The notes below the pieces were generated by a model. The model was not told the origin of the DNA. It saw nothing but the letters and a program-made list of their open reading frames with translations, and searched no databases. 58,079 nt of DNA from a virus (Duplodnaviria; Caudoviricetes), in IMG/VR virus record IMGVR_UViG_3300048823_000073, positions 1 to 58,079 of that record; one strand, written 5' to 3'. Positions 29,301-38,225 of this stretch are shown here, in pieces. Made by a program: the position numbers and the translations under genes. Each line of letters begins with the position of its first letter. Position 1 is the first letter of the stretch.

Positions 29301-29786
29301 ACCGTCCACCTTCGATGCAACACTGTCGATGAACTGCGCCGAAGATAACCCCGCATTCACCGCGCCAGCCGTCGCCACGCCCGCCGTAGCCCCAAGCGCC
29401 TCCCCAACGATCCCACCGGGCAGCGCTGCCGCGACCACCACAGGGCTCATTTGCGCGCCTTTGAGCGCAATGGACCTGAACGGGTGACTCAGAAAGTCCG
29501 ACGAGGTAACGTCCGCATTTAAACTTTGTTGACCCCCAGGAGTCATATTGGCGAGCGTCTGAGATTGCGCCTCGCGAAAGCTCTTGGCAGTGAGAGCGCG
29601 CTGCTGGGCCTGGTCCGCATAGCCCATTTTGTCATCGAGATACGATAGGCCGCTCTCAGCAGACGCGCCTAATCCTTCCACCCCCGAATAAACGGCACGC
29701 GGTATATCGGTTACCGGGCTCCATGCGTCGGTATCCGGGGGCGCAAACATATCGGCGAGTGATTGATCGCTTTGGTCAAGAGGCAT
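23349..29786 (-). CDS. Giant internal virion/ejection protein (polyvalent type) with zincin-like and PLxRFG-like domains
   Basis: ~2145 aa from the ATG at 29786 (TAATG coupling); HEAVH...HEFLSEA; YFPLMRHGDY; last gene of the virion operon. Confidence 0.75.
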   Translation of the reverse strand: MPLDQSDQSLADMFAPPDTDAWSPVTDIPRAVYSGVEGLGASAESGLSYLDDKMGYADQAQQRALTAKSFREAQSQTLANMTPGGQQSLNADVTSSDFLSHPFRSIALKGAQMSPVVVAAALPGGIVGEALGATAGVATAGAVNAGLSSAQFIDSVASKVDGASDDDLQKQSAYYTGLRQRMEEPAARDEFRNYLVDGDGGLALNALIGGVTGAVGLGGMVARGGESAIAGGIARRATLGGLEAGGANAAQSGVGNFTEQSAGQTGGFQGNFDPHQWTSQVLEGFGLGAIPGMAHSAFHRSPVEVVKGQAGDAAQTSALSTELNGEKSPNVDNAAQPKSPGETPQVGPPVPTPSENVPSKVTPPEPPAPISDVGQNAPEAPATLNAQQEELTQGKRQAVLYPKGTTAPDVPEGMKQARIKEGIVHFDPDQLQRKDVIAASTGNKLNELLGLGPANKDEVQARVAQGEPPVAVTERQPDGTETKAAVGTTETAPDQVAALEAQKQPGNTVQVEAPQDVLAQRDAANKGTNTGVNMQGAFSDPLPGKIFQDQSPEAKANARAQQKVVDTNLKDMQKAEAGPQGKNWTLAEKAARTENAQRAQEIFDAHKSDPLEYVQNKDQLKGYQDRLQNIVDEAKAKDVTIPSKVGYEGTSDYVVWLADVKRVLSTLKQRKGAEAERMKTANDLLMREMPLREGDASILRSERRAEGEAAKRQYQGDVEEKPEATLHNPGEVEDQMLDRLDNPEDETPLQNEGGQERAAISTEGKVNAVQNKAGTFEVRTTKRRARAPQSAGMQFLKKPSEETIAAPKGEKVVPLQSSKLSDLIDRAEFHRAGRTLGDEGKYAGIMQPIIAKKLRKVVGDVPVHIVSDEDFKTLTTTKDDPNGVAAYGYYLSGADHIVIPASTAADPIAMRHTLMHEAVHAAVFKELYVNKFAQAQIGRLLSEVKDHYEGVTGLDSEEDPRAFPVRDLNGMTDPHEFLSEALSNPTFQAMLDRVPLSEEMTRRLRMDEFRSNSVWGGLVTLARQILGLPTRAHSVLEAALATTERLSWARDPAGAREYRAKEYRAQVQANMPEVERRYLPKMNQDEADRETAVRAPEQVAKSTYMDPANVASNAAAAVIQHMPTGGEFKERTFKILTDDQLRQGNENLFGPKDEGNPLRRLTEAIQKMTVSMTHYRDEGDKLTRQMAAMSKKYIGGEFNKFVDLAQRSTMYDLHPDAPLDSGRNAHLSLSKETTKKLAAGKDVEHEAARNIWQARAMHDDLAKQYRALPEDLKALYQSTRDYFQTTQDKLTRSKVDAVLDAVDLPSTVKKSDLADRIMHGGMTDDDEKLFGEKKEMARAIRNAEELRVKKGAYFPLMRHGDYVVTGEHDIETPAGARRIDKNTFEFDTRKEAHDFEVSMAQDKGLHAKSHTAYYDPTTGEKTTAGDISTAGNPVQKWQTRVQAQHMELFDRERDANARVKDLQGMGLKNVVLDKRRLNPGVDYKLSSPQVQALIDGIRRRPGLSDQEKGIMERALVESSLAMRAATSVEQRRLPRRNVAGASDDMIRNIVTYNNSASQYLSRAEFRPQVEKSLSDMRDVVEAQRNSGNPIQSRRVLQEMESRLYGFGSPEYTGKMAPFWKRAMVLSFLKDMASPAHLMLHMTHPLMISGPVLGARHGFGKAYGELARAYRDMGTGTALKEGAQGLVRVARDETSDPTDFIGNFKKRLALTSDGKALNKMLDDLSETGHVHASSGYEVNQLHEYGNMGDRALSRVDAAFREMTGSTESINRVAEAIAAYRMEIAKNNGDHEKAVRYVKDTLANTQGLYSSTNAAPIFRNPALRPFLQFKQFPQMIYHLLASNLYNTFKGETPEIRREAARAFAGVVGTHAAMAGALGLPLELIKAPVMLANAFGITNTNWGDIETEIQKELANAFGPQIGEIVAHGLSRALGPLSVDVHHRLGLASLWTFGEPKSNKPEDTMNWIWSTIGGAPGSLAQNIMAGGQAAMHGDIEKAAENLIPAKAIDDMLKAYRLATEGKPTTRGTAGLPPVGLGPAIVQSLGFTPASVANYGTARYQAGKEMHDQGVQRNALVQGWASAKTPADKAKAMQAISAWNARQPLDRRVTHSALGSAAKKQTGKTELGMPVTKRSKSTLDQYSSTFNVGQ

Positions 29787-32700
29787 TACTGGCTCCCGAA
29801 GGATGTGCCCGCCGACAGCGGTTGCCCCCGCTGGGCTTTTAGATTTTGCAGCCATCCGGCAGCCGCGCCCGCTCCACTTTTGGCATAGCCTGCGACAGAA
29901 CTGGCAACGCCCGCGACACCCTGATCAGCGGCCGGTTGGGCAGCGGCAGTCTTCTTCTGCATTTGGGCAGCCATGCCGCGCAGAGTATCCAACACAGGAA
30001 GATCGTTCTTCTGCACAAATATGGGTTTCATCAACGGGTTCTTGAATTGTACCTGCACGCGGTCCTGGGGATCATTTGGGATGGGGTTGATCTTGAAGCT
30101 CCCTTGGCCCGCCCCGATTAGAGCTTTAAACGCGGATGCAGCCATTGGCGCGTCCATCGTGGGGTTGAAACGCATGATCTGCGCAACACCGTCACGCTGG
30201 GCGTTCATCACGTCCGGCGGGTAGCCCGCCGTCTGGCTCGGACTGAGTTTGTCAAATCCGATAGCCGCGTCGATCGCGGTACGGGCTGGCGTGGGCTGAC
30301 CATCCGCTCCGACCCCAATATTGACATCGGCGGGCTGCGCTTGCTCCATTGCTGCTTTGCGCTCCTCTTGTGCTATCTGTCTTTGTTGGATCAGCTCCGC
30401 GCCTGCCTGCTGCCTCTGGGCTATGGCGCCCTGTCCCTGTATCTTCTGAGCTTCCGAGGCTTGCTGTATTGCCGCATTGTTCCGCACGGCCTGCCGCTGC
30501 TGCCATTCGGAATGCTGCATCATGTATTGCTGCTTGCGTACCGCCTCGACGGCATTAATCCGCGCCTGCTCTTTATCATTCTGAATGCCGAGGATTTTGC
30601 TCTCGGGGATAAAGTTTGGTTGTTGCGGCTCTGGATCATTTGCTGGGGTCATGCCATAGCCGAACTGCTGCGGCGTAATGGATGCTGTTGCCGGGATCGC
30701 CTGCGGAGCCGCTGCCTGCGGATTACTCTGGGGGTTACCTGGGGAGGTAACAGGCGGGGCGGGCGCCGGGATCGCACCGGGTTGCGCGGAAGCCGTGTCT
30801 GGAGTGGGCACGCCTGGAGCTGCGGATGCGACCTGTGCGTTAGGTTGCGGGGGGAGTGCTTGTGCCTGCGCCTGGGGTGCGGGCGCCCCGGGTGCTTGTT
30901 GTGGAGCTGCTTGCGGGGGGACCGCCGCTTGCTGGGTTGTAGCTTTGCCCTTACCTTCTTCGGCTGCAAGCTGATCAACGAGGTTGGTGTATTCCGGCGA
31001 ACGCTCCGACAGCTCGTCATCCGGGTCATATTTCTTCTCGGCCGACCCGATAAGAACTTTCCAGTATGCGGACCCATCTTTCAAGCCGATCGCTGACGCA
31101 AGCAATTGCTGCGGCGTCATGGTCATTTGCTGAGTGGGTTTGCCCTTGGAGTCGGTCTCGGTAACGTCGATATTGTTGTCCGCGTTGACTTTGGCAGAGG
31201 CTATACGCCCGTTCGGGATAGCATCATAGGCTTTCACCGCCGCATCTGCGCCAGCCCGCACGTCACCCGACTGCAACAGCTTGGCAGCCTGATCGCCATA
31301 TTGCGCCGCTAATCCCCGCGAATATTGCAGGATGCTCTTCGCAGCTTCTCCCGCTTTTTCGGAGTCCCCGTGCGCCACGTAATATTTGTATGCAGCATTC
31401 ATGCCTGCTGCGGTGCGTAGACCCTCTGTGAGCTGCCCATCCGGGTCCACGGAATTGCCAAGCGCCCGAACATCTTGCGCGCTCGCGGCTCCCTTCCCAC
31501 TTCGGAAATCACTATATCCCTGGGCCATGTCGGCGCTGCCCGGAACAGCCGACGGCTGCGCGCTCGCTTGAGTAATCCCAAACGCTTGCTGGATATACTT
31601 CATGCCCCCCTTAAGCGTGTCCGATAGCCCCGACAATAGGTCCGATGGGTGCTCGGGAACTGTGGGCTGTTGCGCTGCTACAGGCTGAGAAGCTGGTGTA
31701 GAAGCAGAGCTATCATCATCGCTCGTGTCATCACTGGTATCACTCTCGTCAACGGACCCCCCATCTGCATACCCCGGCATGGACGGAGGTATGGCTCGCG
31801 GGGGCTGTGGGCCTCCCCCTAGCACCGTTGGGAGAGTTTCTTGCTCATCGGTCTTATACGGGTCTACCACGCCTCCATGGGCGTAGCCAGGCTGCTTTAT
31901 CGCTGTCTTGGCGGTCCACCCTCCACCGGGAGGCGTACCCCTATCCAAAGATGCATCTACTCCCGGTATAGCGCTGGCGACCCTATCGGGGCGCTGCCCG
32001 CCGGACGGAGGACGATCTACCAAGCCGCCCGCAAAGAAAGCCGGTTGCTGATCTTGCTGTTGATCTTGCTGTTGATCCGCTACTTGTTGAGTAGTTGGCG
32101 ATGCTGCGGGGGCGGGATTTGGCGAGGCAGCTACACTCGTCGGAGCGGGCACGCCTGTTGGTTGTTGCAAATAATTCCAGAACGCCTGCCCATTGGGTAA
32201 GCGATTTGCCGCCGCCTGATCGGGGTTGGCCGGACGCTCGAACGATTTTGTCCAGATGTTATTTCCGTCCGCAGTCGTACTGGCGTTCCTAAGCTGTTGA
32301 AGCGTCCCGTTCTCTGTGCTGTCCAGTTCGTTATTCAGGTGGCTTATCTGCGTATCGAGAGGGATTTTATTGATGTCGGTCGTACCGGCGAGTTTATAGA
32401 GAGCGTCTAAACGGTCACTATGCCAGTTCATAATGCCAGCGGAAGGGCTCCCGTTATCGTCCGGGTTGTAGGACGCCGGATTAAGCCCGCGCCCACTCTC
32501 CCCCATCGCGGAACCAACGGCACCCGCCGCCACTTCTGGCTTGACACCTTTACTAATGAGCAAATCTTTAACCGCATTCGGTCCAGGGGAAGCGAACCCG
32601 GCGGTAGACCCGCCAGACGCTCCACCAGAGCCAGCCGTAGAGCGCGGGGGAAATATGCGAGAAAAAATATTAGCGTCTGCACGCGCATTCGCGATGACCC

Positions 32701-32818
32701 CAGCTACCGCTGGATCGTCGAAAGCACCCGTCTTATCCTTACTTTGTCCATATGAGTTCGCCTGACGCATAAGAGCGTACACTTTTGCAAAGTTCATAAT
32801 CTCATTATTCAGGCTCAT
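29786..32818 (-). CDS. Internal virion protein with phage tail lysozyme domain
   Basis: AAGAVGSAMGESG..LNP...GIMNW...R...TQ...FERPA; long Pro/Gln/Ala linkers. Confidence 0.75.
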   Translation of the reverse strand: MSLNNEIMNFAKVYALMRQANSYGQSKDKTGAFDDPAVAGVIANARADANIFSRIFPPRSTAGSGGASGGSTAGFASPGPNAVKDLLISKGVKPEVAAGAVGSAMGESGRGLNPASYNPDDNGSPSAGIMNWHSDRLDALYKLAGTTDINKIPLDTQISHLNNELDSTENGTLQQLRNASTTADGNNIWTKSFERPANPDQAAANRLPNGQAFWNYLQQPTGVPAPTSVAASPNPAPAASPTTQQVADQQQDQQQDQQPAFFAGGLVDRPPSGGQRPDRVASAIPGVDASLDRGTPPGGGWTAKTAIKQPGYAHGGVVDPYKTDEQETLPTVLGGGPQPPRAIPPSMPGYADGGSVDESDTSDDTSDDDSSASTPASQPVAAQQPTVPEHPSDLLSGLSDTLKGGMKYIQQAFGITQASAQPSAVPGSADMAQGYSDFRSGKGAASAQDVRALGNSVDPDGQLTEGLRTAAGMNAAYKYYVAHGDSEKAGEAAKSILQYSRGLAAQYGDQAAKLLQSGDVRAGADAAVKAYDAIPNGRIASAKVNADNNIDVTETDSKGKPTQQMTMTPQQLLASAIGLKDGSAYWKVLIGSAEKKYDPDDELSERSPEYTNLVDQLAAEEGKGKATTQQAAVPPQAAPQQAPGAPAPQAQAQALPPQPNAQVASAAPGVPTPDTASAQPGAIPAPAPPVTSPGNPQSNPQAAAPQAIPATASITPQQFGYGMTPANDPEPQQPNFIPESKILGIQNDKEQARINAVEAVRKQQYMMQHSEWQQRQAVRNNAAIQQASEAQKIQGQGAIAQRQQAGAELIQQRQIAQEERKAAMEQAQPADVNIGVGADGQPTPARTAIDAAIGFDKLSPSQTAGYPPDVMNAQRDGVAQIMRFNPTMDAPMAASAFKALIGAGQGSFKINPIPNDPQDRVQVQFKNPLMKPIFVQKNDLPVLDTLRGMAAQMQKKTAAAQPAADQGVAGVASSVAGYAKSGAGAAAGWLQNLKAQRGQPLSAGTSFGSQ

Positions 32819-32838
32819 GGCTTACCTTTAAAAGTAAC

Positions 32839-34053
32839 TTAGGCGTAGTGCGCCGGGGCGGCCGGTAACGCTTGCCGCATCTGAGGCTTGGTCTGAGTCG
32901 TGGCCGCATTCTGCGCGCGTTCTTGTTTCGCTTTATCCACCATGCCGTAGATCGACTTTTCACCTAGCCAGCTCACAACATCTCTGGGCACGATGAACTC
33001 GCCCACATTCAATCTCGCTGGCACGTCGTCTGTGGACCGGCCACCCGAAGGCGATACTTGGGCGGGCACCACGCCATAGGGAGCCGGTGGGATGCCCTGT
33101 TGCGGCCCAGCTTGCGGCCCAGCTTGCGGCCCAGCTTGCGGGGGTTGTCCGCCTGGAATTGCTTGTTGTGGGGCGATCATACCGCCAGCCGCCAGACTAG
33201 CTAACGCTCCACCAGAAGCCAGCGCGCCCCCTTTCCCAAGCGCACTACTCAACGTCCCACCAATGAGCCCGAGGCCCGCGCCAATGCCAGAACTCTGGTT
33301 ATTGTAATACGCCTGATTGGCGCTGTTATACGAGCTATACGCATTGTTGAGGCCGTTAACTCCGGTACTCAACGCACTGTTCCCAGCGCTCATAAGCCCC
33401 GTGCCAGCGCTCACTCCCGTTGCCTCGGTGGTTGCTGCACTATTGAGCCCCGCCGTGGACGCCGAGCCCCCCGCCGTGGCCGTCTGTTGGGCGCTCGTGC
33501 CCGCGTTCAGTGCCGTCGTGCCCATACCGATCGCGTTCTGTTGGAGCTGCAATCCGGTCGCCTGAGTTTGCAACGCGGATTGCGTACCCGCCCCCGCTTC
33601 GGCTGCGGCCTGTCCCGTGCGGGCGCCAATGTCCAACGACGCATAGCGCGTGCTCGACGGATCAACGCCGAAGCTCTCCAATTGCGACGCCGACGCTTGG
33701 CGAGCTTGATCGTATTGGCTGGCAACGGAGGACTGCGCTATCCCAGATTGAAGTTGTACGTTCGCAGGCGAAGCATAATTATTCGCCTCCGTCTGATACT
33801 GCTGCATCTCGGGCAGCGTGCTCTGGGTGAAATTTGTATCTGCGGCTGCTCCAACCGCATTGGCTTGCTGTTGGGTCTGGAGGCTCGCGGCACTGGCCTG
33901 TTGGACGGCAGGCTCATTCTGGTTGTAAGTGTTCTGCGCGAACTGGAGCTGTTGCTCCCCGAGCTGATATTGGTTATTGGCGGCCGTGGTGGCAGCATTC
34001 GCGGCGGTGATACCCGCATAATCAGGCTGTGGCTGTGATTGCTTGCTGCCCAT
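32839..34053 (-). CDS. Internal virion/DNA transfer protein
   Basis: Gln/Ala-rich helical protein; MG...PDY start; C-terminal DDVPARLNVGEFIVP. Confidence 0.65.
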   Translation of the reverse strand: MGSKQSQPQPDYAGITAANAATTAANNQYQLGEQQLQFAQNTYNQNEPAVQQASAASLQTQQQANAVGAAADTNFTQSTLPEMQQYQTEANNYASPANVQLQSGIAQSSVASQYDQARQASASQLESFGVDPSSTRYASLDIGARTGQAAAEAGAGTQSALQTQATGLQLQQNAIGMGTTALNAGTSAQQTATAGGSASTAGLNSAATTEATGVSAGTGLMSAGNSALSTGVNGLNNAYSSYNSANQAYYNNQSSGIGAGLGLIGGTLSSALGKGGALASGGALASLAAGGMIAPQQAIPGGQPPQAGPQAGPQAGPQQGIPPAPYGVVPAQVSPSGGRSTDDVPARLNVGEFIVPRDVVSWLGEKSIYGMVDKAKQERAQNAATTQTKPQMRQALPAAPAHYA

Positions 34054-34086
34054 TTTTACCGCCCATGTTACCTTAGAGAGTAACCA

Positions 34087-34491
34087 CTACCACAGAAATT
34101 TGCAGTCGTCTAGGGTCATAGCCAATACAATCGCAGCCCCGCTAGGATATACCCCCTCGATCCGAGTCTCTTCCTTAAATCCGACGTGCTTGTCAAACCT
34201 AAGAGCTTTAGTATTGGCTTCCTCGACTACACCAAACAGTTTCTTAACCTTGAGGAACCTAAAGGGATAATCAAATATAGTGTATAGCAGCTCCCGGCTG
34301 CACCAGTTAGGTGCGAGCCCCGCCACATGAATTTCTATGCTCGCACCCGTGTAATTCGTAAAGATCACCCCGCCAAGGATTTGACCTGCATCATTTTTTC
34401 GGGCGACACACTTATGCACGCCGTCTATGTAGGGCACATGGACTTTAGGGGCGATCAGCTTGATCGCTTCGGGGTCGTTAATCACGATCAC
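34087..34491 (-). CDS. GNAT family acetyltransferase
   Basis: NTKALRFDKHVGFKEE motif; usual position before podovirus internal virion genes. Confidence 0.8.
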   Translation of the reverse strand: MIVINDPEAIKLIAPKVHVPYIDGVHKCVARKNDAGQILGGVIFTNYTGASIEIHVAGLAPNWCSRELLYTIFDYPFRFLKVKKLFGVVEEANTKALRFDKHVGFKEETRIEGVYPSGAAIVLAMTLDDCKFLW

Positions 34492-35100
34492 TCAGCGAAC
34501 CCTCCGTGCGTAAAGACCGCCAAAAGCTCCGCATGTAGAAACGGCAAAGATTACGTAAGCGACCAAATAATATGTAGTGGGCACGCTTATATTCACTCGC
34601 ATTCTCCCAGAACACGACAGACCATATCCCGCCGCCCCCGCCGCCCCGGTTACCCCATAACCCCCACCATTTGGAGCCGTCACCAATGCATTCGGAACGG
34701 TGTTTATTGATAGGATCAACGCACTCGTAGTAGTAGTGCCCGCAGGAGAGGTTGCGATAATCCCATATAAATCCCAATCCCCAGGCGTAAGTGCGAGCGA
34801 GGTAACATTCTTGGCAGTAATACTAACAAGGGACACCGTCGACCCTATAGGGACTTCGAGGAACTTATATTCCCCCACATATCCAGCAGGAGCATTAGAG
34901 CCATTCGCCACGCCCAACACAGGAGCGGGAGCGCTGTAACTTGGGACAACTGGCGCATAGGGCTGAAATATTTCATAGCCGGGAGCGCCCTGTTGGTTTC
35001 TGGCTAACATCTGCATCGCCAACTGCATTTGTTTCATTGCAGCGGCGAGTGAGTTCACGTCGGGAGTGAAGTCGGGAATGCTTGGGAGTTTACCAGCCAT
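34492..35100 (-). CDS. Putative virion structural protein
   Basis: Beta-rich C-terminus; follows the tail gene. Confidence 0.55.
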   Translation of the reverse strand: MAGKLPSIPDFTPDVNSLAAAMKQMQLAMQMLARNQQGAPGYEIFQPYAPVVPSYSAPAPVLGVANGSNAPAGYVGEYKFLEVPIGSTVSLVSITAKNVTSLALTPGDWDLYGIIATSPAGTTTTSALILSINTVPNALVTAPNGGGYGVTGAAGAAGYGLSCSGRMRVNISVPTTYYLVAYVIFAVSTCGAFGGLYARRVR

Positions 35101-35101
35101 C

Positions 35102-37441
35102 CTACACCAACATCAATTCTTTGACGCTGGTAGCAACCTGCATGTTTTTCACCCACACCTGTCCGTCTAGCTCGAATTGCCAGAAGTTCGCTCGGAACCC
35201 GCTCGGAAATAGGATCAGCTCCCCCGAGACTTGTATCTCGCGAATGAGCACAAGGTTGTCATCCGCATACACTTTAAGGATCAGATATTGCGTAGCCGGA
35301 TTGAACACTTGGGTTTGCGACATATTCCTAGTGCCGGGCTGGGGCACGGGGATTGTTACCGTCGAAGGTACGTCAAAAAAGACCACTGCGGCCACGTATT
35401 GCTGCCGATAGGGGAACTGGAATATTCTCGAACGCCATGCCCAAGGCATTGGCAAATAGGTGCCCGGCGCATCCCACTGGTAGACGCCCGTGGCCGTAAG
35501 GATAATATACTCCCCCGAAAACTCGTCTTGGAGCACGTTATTCACAAGATGCGGAAAGGCGACCCACGTCACAGTTTGGTTCGGGCTCGTGCCATCAATG
35601 ACAAGCCCATTATCGCCTTGGTTTAAATAGGGCACGAAGCTGTTATGGATACCGTCATAGATCGGAAAGCCCTCACCAAGCCCGTCGATGGTGGGCGGGG
35701 GGCCAGTGGACCCGTCGATAGCGATACCGCCAGTAAGCGAGCCATTCTGGATGAAGGTCGCATATGCGTTACCCCACTTCGCCGCCATCATCGTGCCAGG
35801 GCTAAACGCAGCCCAATCGTCACGCGTGATAAGCCCCGTAGTTACAACTGACGCCCCATAAAGCCCAACTAATACGAGGCCGCTCTGCGAAGCGTAATAA
35901 ACTCCCTCGGGGGTGCTGACGATCGAGTTTCGAGATAGGCAAGGCGCCTGGATAGGGATTTTCGTCAGGATCATAGTGGATGGACTGGAGCCCGTAGCCG
36001 CATAGGGCGGCCCTTCCGTCATTATAACGAGGGTGGTTCCGAAAACGCCCAACCCGACGATAGGGTAATCCACTGCCAGCGTGTAAGCCGCAGGCCACGC
36101 ATGAGGACGATACGGCTCACAAAACCACAACTCCTTACTATTTGCCCAGCCCGCGAACATCCCATTGGGCATGGACACACAGCCCTGGAGGGCAGGGGGT
36201 GGCGTCCATAGGGCGCCGGTGACCGCCCCACCGCTCGGCAGTTGGACGTTGCCGGTGATCGCCGTATCTAAAATGCTGTCCACATAACTCGTCGTCACGA
36301 TCGCGAGCTGTGTCACGAGGAAGAACGTAGCCCCTCCACTTGAGTTCGTCACAGTCCGGTATAAATTCACATAAGCGAGATTGCGGTTCGCAGTTATCCC
36401 GACACCGGGCGGCGTAAGTGTAATCGTCCAAGTATTGAGTGGGGAGCTACTCGTTAATGACGCCGGGGAGGGAGCGCACTCTTCCCCATAAGCTGAGACC
36501 CATGTGCAAACGTAAGACCTTGTTACGGGAAGAGACGGATCGCTACCCGTGACCACCACAGACGGGCCGGTCGTAGGAGTTGGAATGCCCAACAAAAATG
36601 CCGGATTGGTCGCCGTGGTCGTCCCGGTCAACGTCATAGTGCCAGTTGAGGCAGCCGCGCCTCCATTTAGGGCGTATGTCGTGTTGGCGAAATAAATCCC
36701 ATCACCCCCCAAACCCGTATAAGATTGCGTGCCAACTGACTGCTCGATAAAGAGTTTGAGGTTAGTGACTGCGGTAAGTATCGTGGTCCACGTAACCGAA
36801 CACTGATACCACCCCCCGCCAGTCGGGGTCATCGTCGCCGTAGGCGCGTGCGCTCCTGTCTGGTACAGCGTGAAAGTTCCCAACGCCAAATTAAAGTGGG
36901 CGCCGCCGATGTTCGTGCCGTCCGAAATTTGAAGCGCTGCGGCACCCCGTTCCGCCGAGTCTAAAGCTGCCGCAAAGGTAACTACTGTTCCAGCAGGGTT
37001 GGAACTTGTATTGGCCTGGGCTAAATGGTTACCTGTGGAGGTATCTTCCGAAAGATGGTTCTTCGATTGAATGTTCGCAAGCGTATTGTATTCCGGCACG
37101 ACCGAAGGACTGAAAAAATAATATCGCTGAAAGCTATCACCGACAACGGGCGCACGAAGCACGTTCGTATTCTGATCCGCGAACTCTACCCACGTATCCA
37201 AATTGGAAAAGGCACCGGGGGTCGAGGTTCCAGCAACACGGTAAGCCGCGTTCGACGTGCTATTGAGGAACGTGTAAAGCAGATTGGGCGTCTCGAAGCC
37301 CTGGATAGTGCCATGGTAGAGCCAGGTGTTCTCCGCAAACGCAGCAGCATTCGGCGGCAGGAGCGTCGGCGCTCTTGCCGGGATCATCCCGTCGAAATTC
37401 TCTATCCTGAGTGGGGGCGGGGGGGACGAGGATGCGGGCAT
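35102..37441 (-). CDS. Tail tubular protein B / stabilisation-like protein
   Basis: F.GMIP...P.LLP.NAA..AEN start; LWFCEPYRPHAWP; YYASQSGLV; WRSRIF. Confidence 0.7.
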   Translation of the reverse strand: MPASSSPPPPLRIENFDGMIPARAPTLLPPNAAAFAENTWLYHGTIQGFETPNLLYTFLNSTSNAAYRVAGTSTPGAFSNLDTWVEFADQNTNVLRAPVVGDSFQRYYFFSPSVVPEYNTLANIQSKNHLSEDTSTGNHLAQANTSSNPAGTVVTFAAALDSAERGAAALQISDGTNIGGAHFNLALGTFTLYQTGAHAPTATMTPTGGGWYQCSVTWTTILTAVTNLKLFIEQSVGTQSYTGLGGDGIYFANTTYALNGGAAASTGTMTLTGTTTATNPAFLLGIPTPTTGPSVVVTGSDPSLPVTRSYVCTWVSAYGEECAPSPASLTSSSPLNTWTITLTPPGVGITANRNLAYVNLYRTVTNSSGGATFFLVTQLAIVTTSYVDSILDTAITGNVQLPSGGAVTGALWTPPPALQGCVSMPNGMFAGWANSKELWFCEPYRPHAWPAAYTLAVDYPIVGLGVFGTTLVIMTEGPPYAATGSSPSTMILTKIPIQAPCLSRNSIVSTPEGVYYASQSGLVLVGLYGASVVTTGLITRDDWAAFSPGTMMAAKWGNAYATFIQNGSLTGGIAIDGSTGPPPTIDGLGEGFPIYDGIHNSFVPYLNQGDNGLVIDGTSPNQTVTWVAFPHLVNNVLQDEFSGEYIILTATGVYQWDAPGTYLPMPWAWRSRIFQFPYRQQYVAAVVFFDVPSTVTIPVPQPGTRNMSQTQVFNPATQYLILKVYADDNLVLIREIQVSGELILFPSGFRANFWQFELDGQVWVKNMQVATSVKELMLV

Positions 37442-37450
37442 TGCGCGCCC

Positions 37451-38176
37451 TTACGTTTTAATGATGTAAGGAACGGCATAGTTCTTTGGTGCGGCGTCCG
37501 CGCCCCCTTGGGCGTTCACCGTGATATTGGCCCCCGCCACCCCAGTATAGGTCGATCCAGTGCACGCATCTACAGAGCCCCCGGCTTGCGATCCCGTGTT
37601 TGCTCCCGGATATCCCCCGGCATGCTGATGCCCGCTGTCATAAGCGGTATGCGTATGCGATTGGTTCCTATCGACTGCATACGAGGCATACGCCCGCGAG
37701 ACATCATATCCCTTGCCAGAGTCCAGCCCGCGCAAGAAGCATCCACGAAAATCTGGGAGCGTGAAATTGCCCCCGGCATTCGAGCCCCAGGTGGCCCCGA
37801 GCACCGCATAGAGTGCGGCGTAAGTCGCTTGGGACACCACGGCGCCGTTGCATATGAGCCACCCCGCAGGCGCATTTAACCCCGCCGAATCGCCCGCCCA
37901 AGGCATGATCGCACCTGTGGGCACGCCGCCGAGAGCTGGGGGTATGATGGGCAGTTGCGTGGTGGGGAGTATGCCTGATGTTATGTTCGCGGCATTCGTC
38001 GTGTCTATCGTCGCGGACGGAGCGAGCACTGTGTTGAGTTGGAGGCTCTTTTGAATAGCGCCGACAGCATTTGCCCAATAGATATACCCGTTGAGCGCAT
38101 CCACATACAGCTCACCAGCAGCCAAAGACACCGGCGCTGCCCCGATCAGGGTTCGATTGAGCTGTATTGTCGCCAT
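37451..38176 (-). CDS. Tail fibre protein with phage tail collar domain
   Basis: PTGAIMPWAG...PAGWLICNG......YAALYAVLG...FTLPDFRG.FLRG; P.N.A..YIIK end. Confidence 0.9.
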   Translation of the reverse strand: MATIQLNRTLIGAAPVSLAAGELYVDALNGYIYWANAVGAIQKSLQLNTVLAPSATIDTTNAANITSGILPTTQLPIIPPALGGVPTGAIMPWAGDSAGLNAPAGWLICNGAVVSQATYAALYAVLGATWGSNAGGNFTLPDFRGCFLRGLDSGKGYDVSRAYASYAVDRNQSHTHTAYDSGHQHAGGYPGANTGSQAGGSVDACTGSTYTGVAGANITVNAQGGADAAPKNYAVPYIIKT

Positions 38177-38225
38177 AACAAATCACTCTCCAACTTACGT
38201 GCGCCAGATTACTTACGAAGGTAAC

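Noticed and set aside
29787-29855. ORF-track start of the giant virion protein at 29855
   Set aside because: It overlaps the upstream gene; the ATG at 29786, coupled to its TAA, is more plausible
37451-38176. Diversity-generating retroelement acting on the tail fibre
   Set aside because: No reverse transcriptase and no template/variable repeat pair seen
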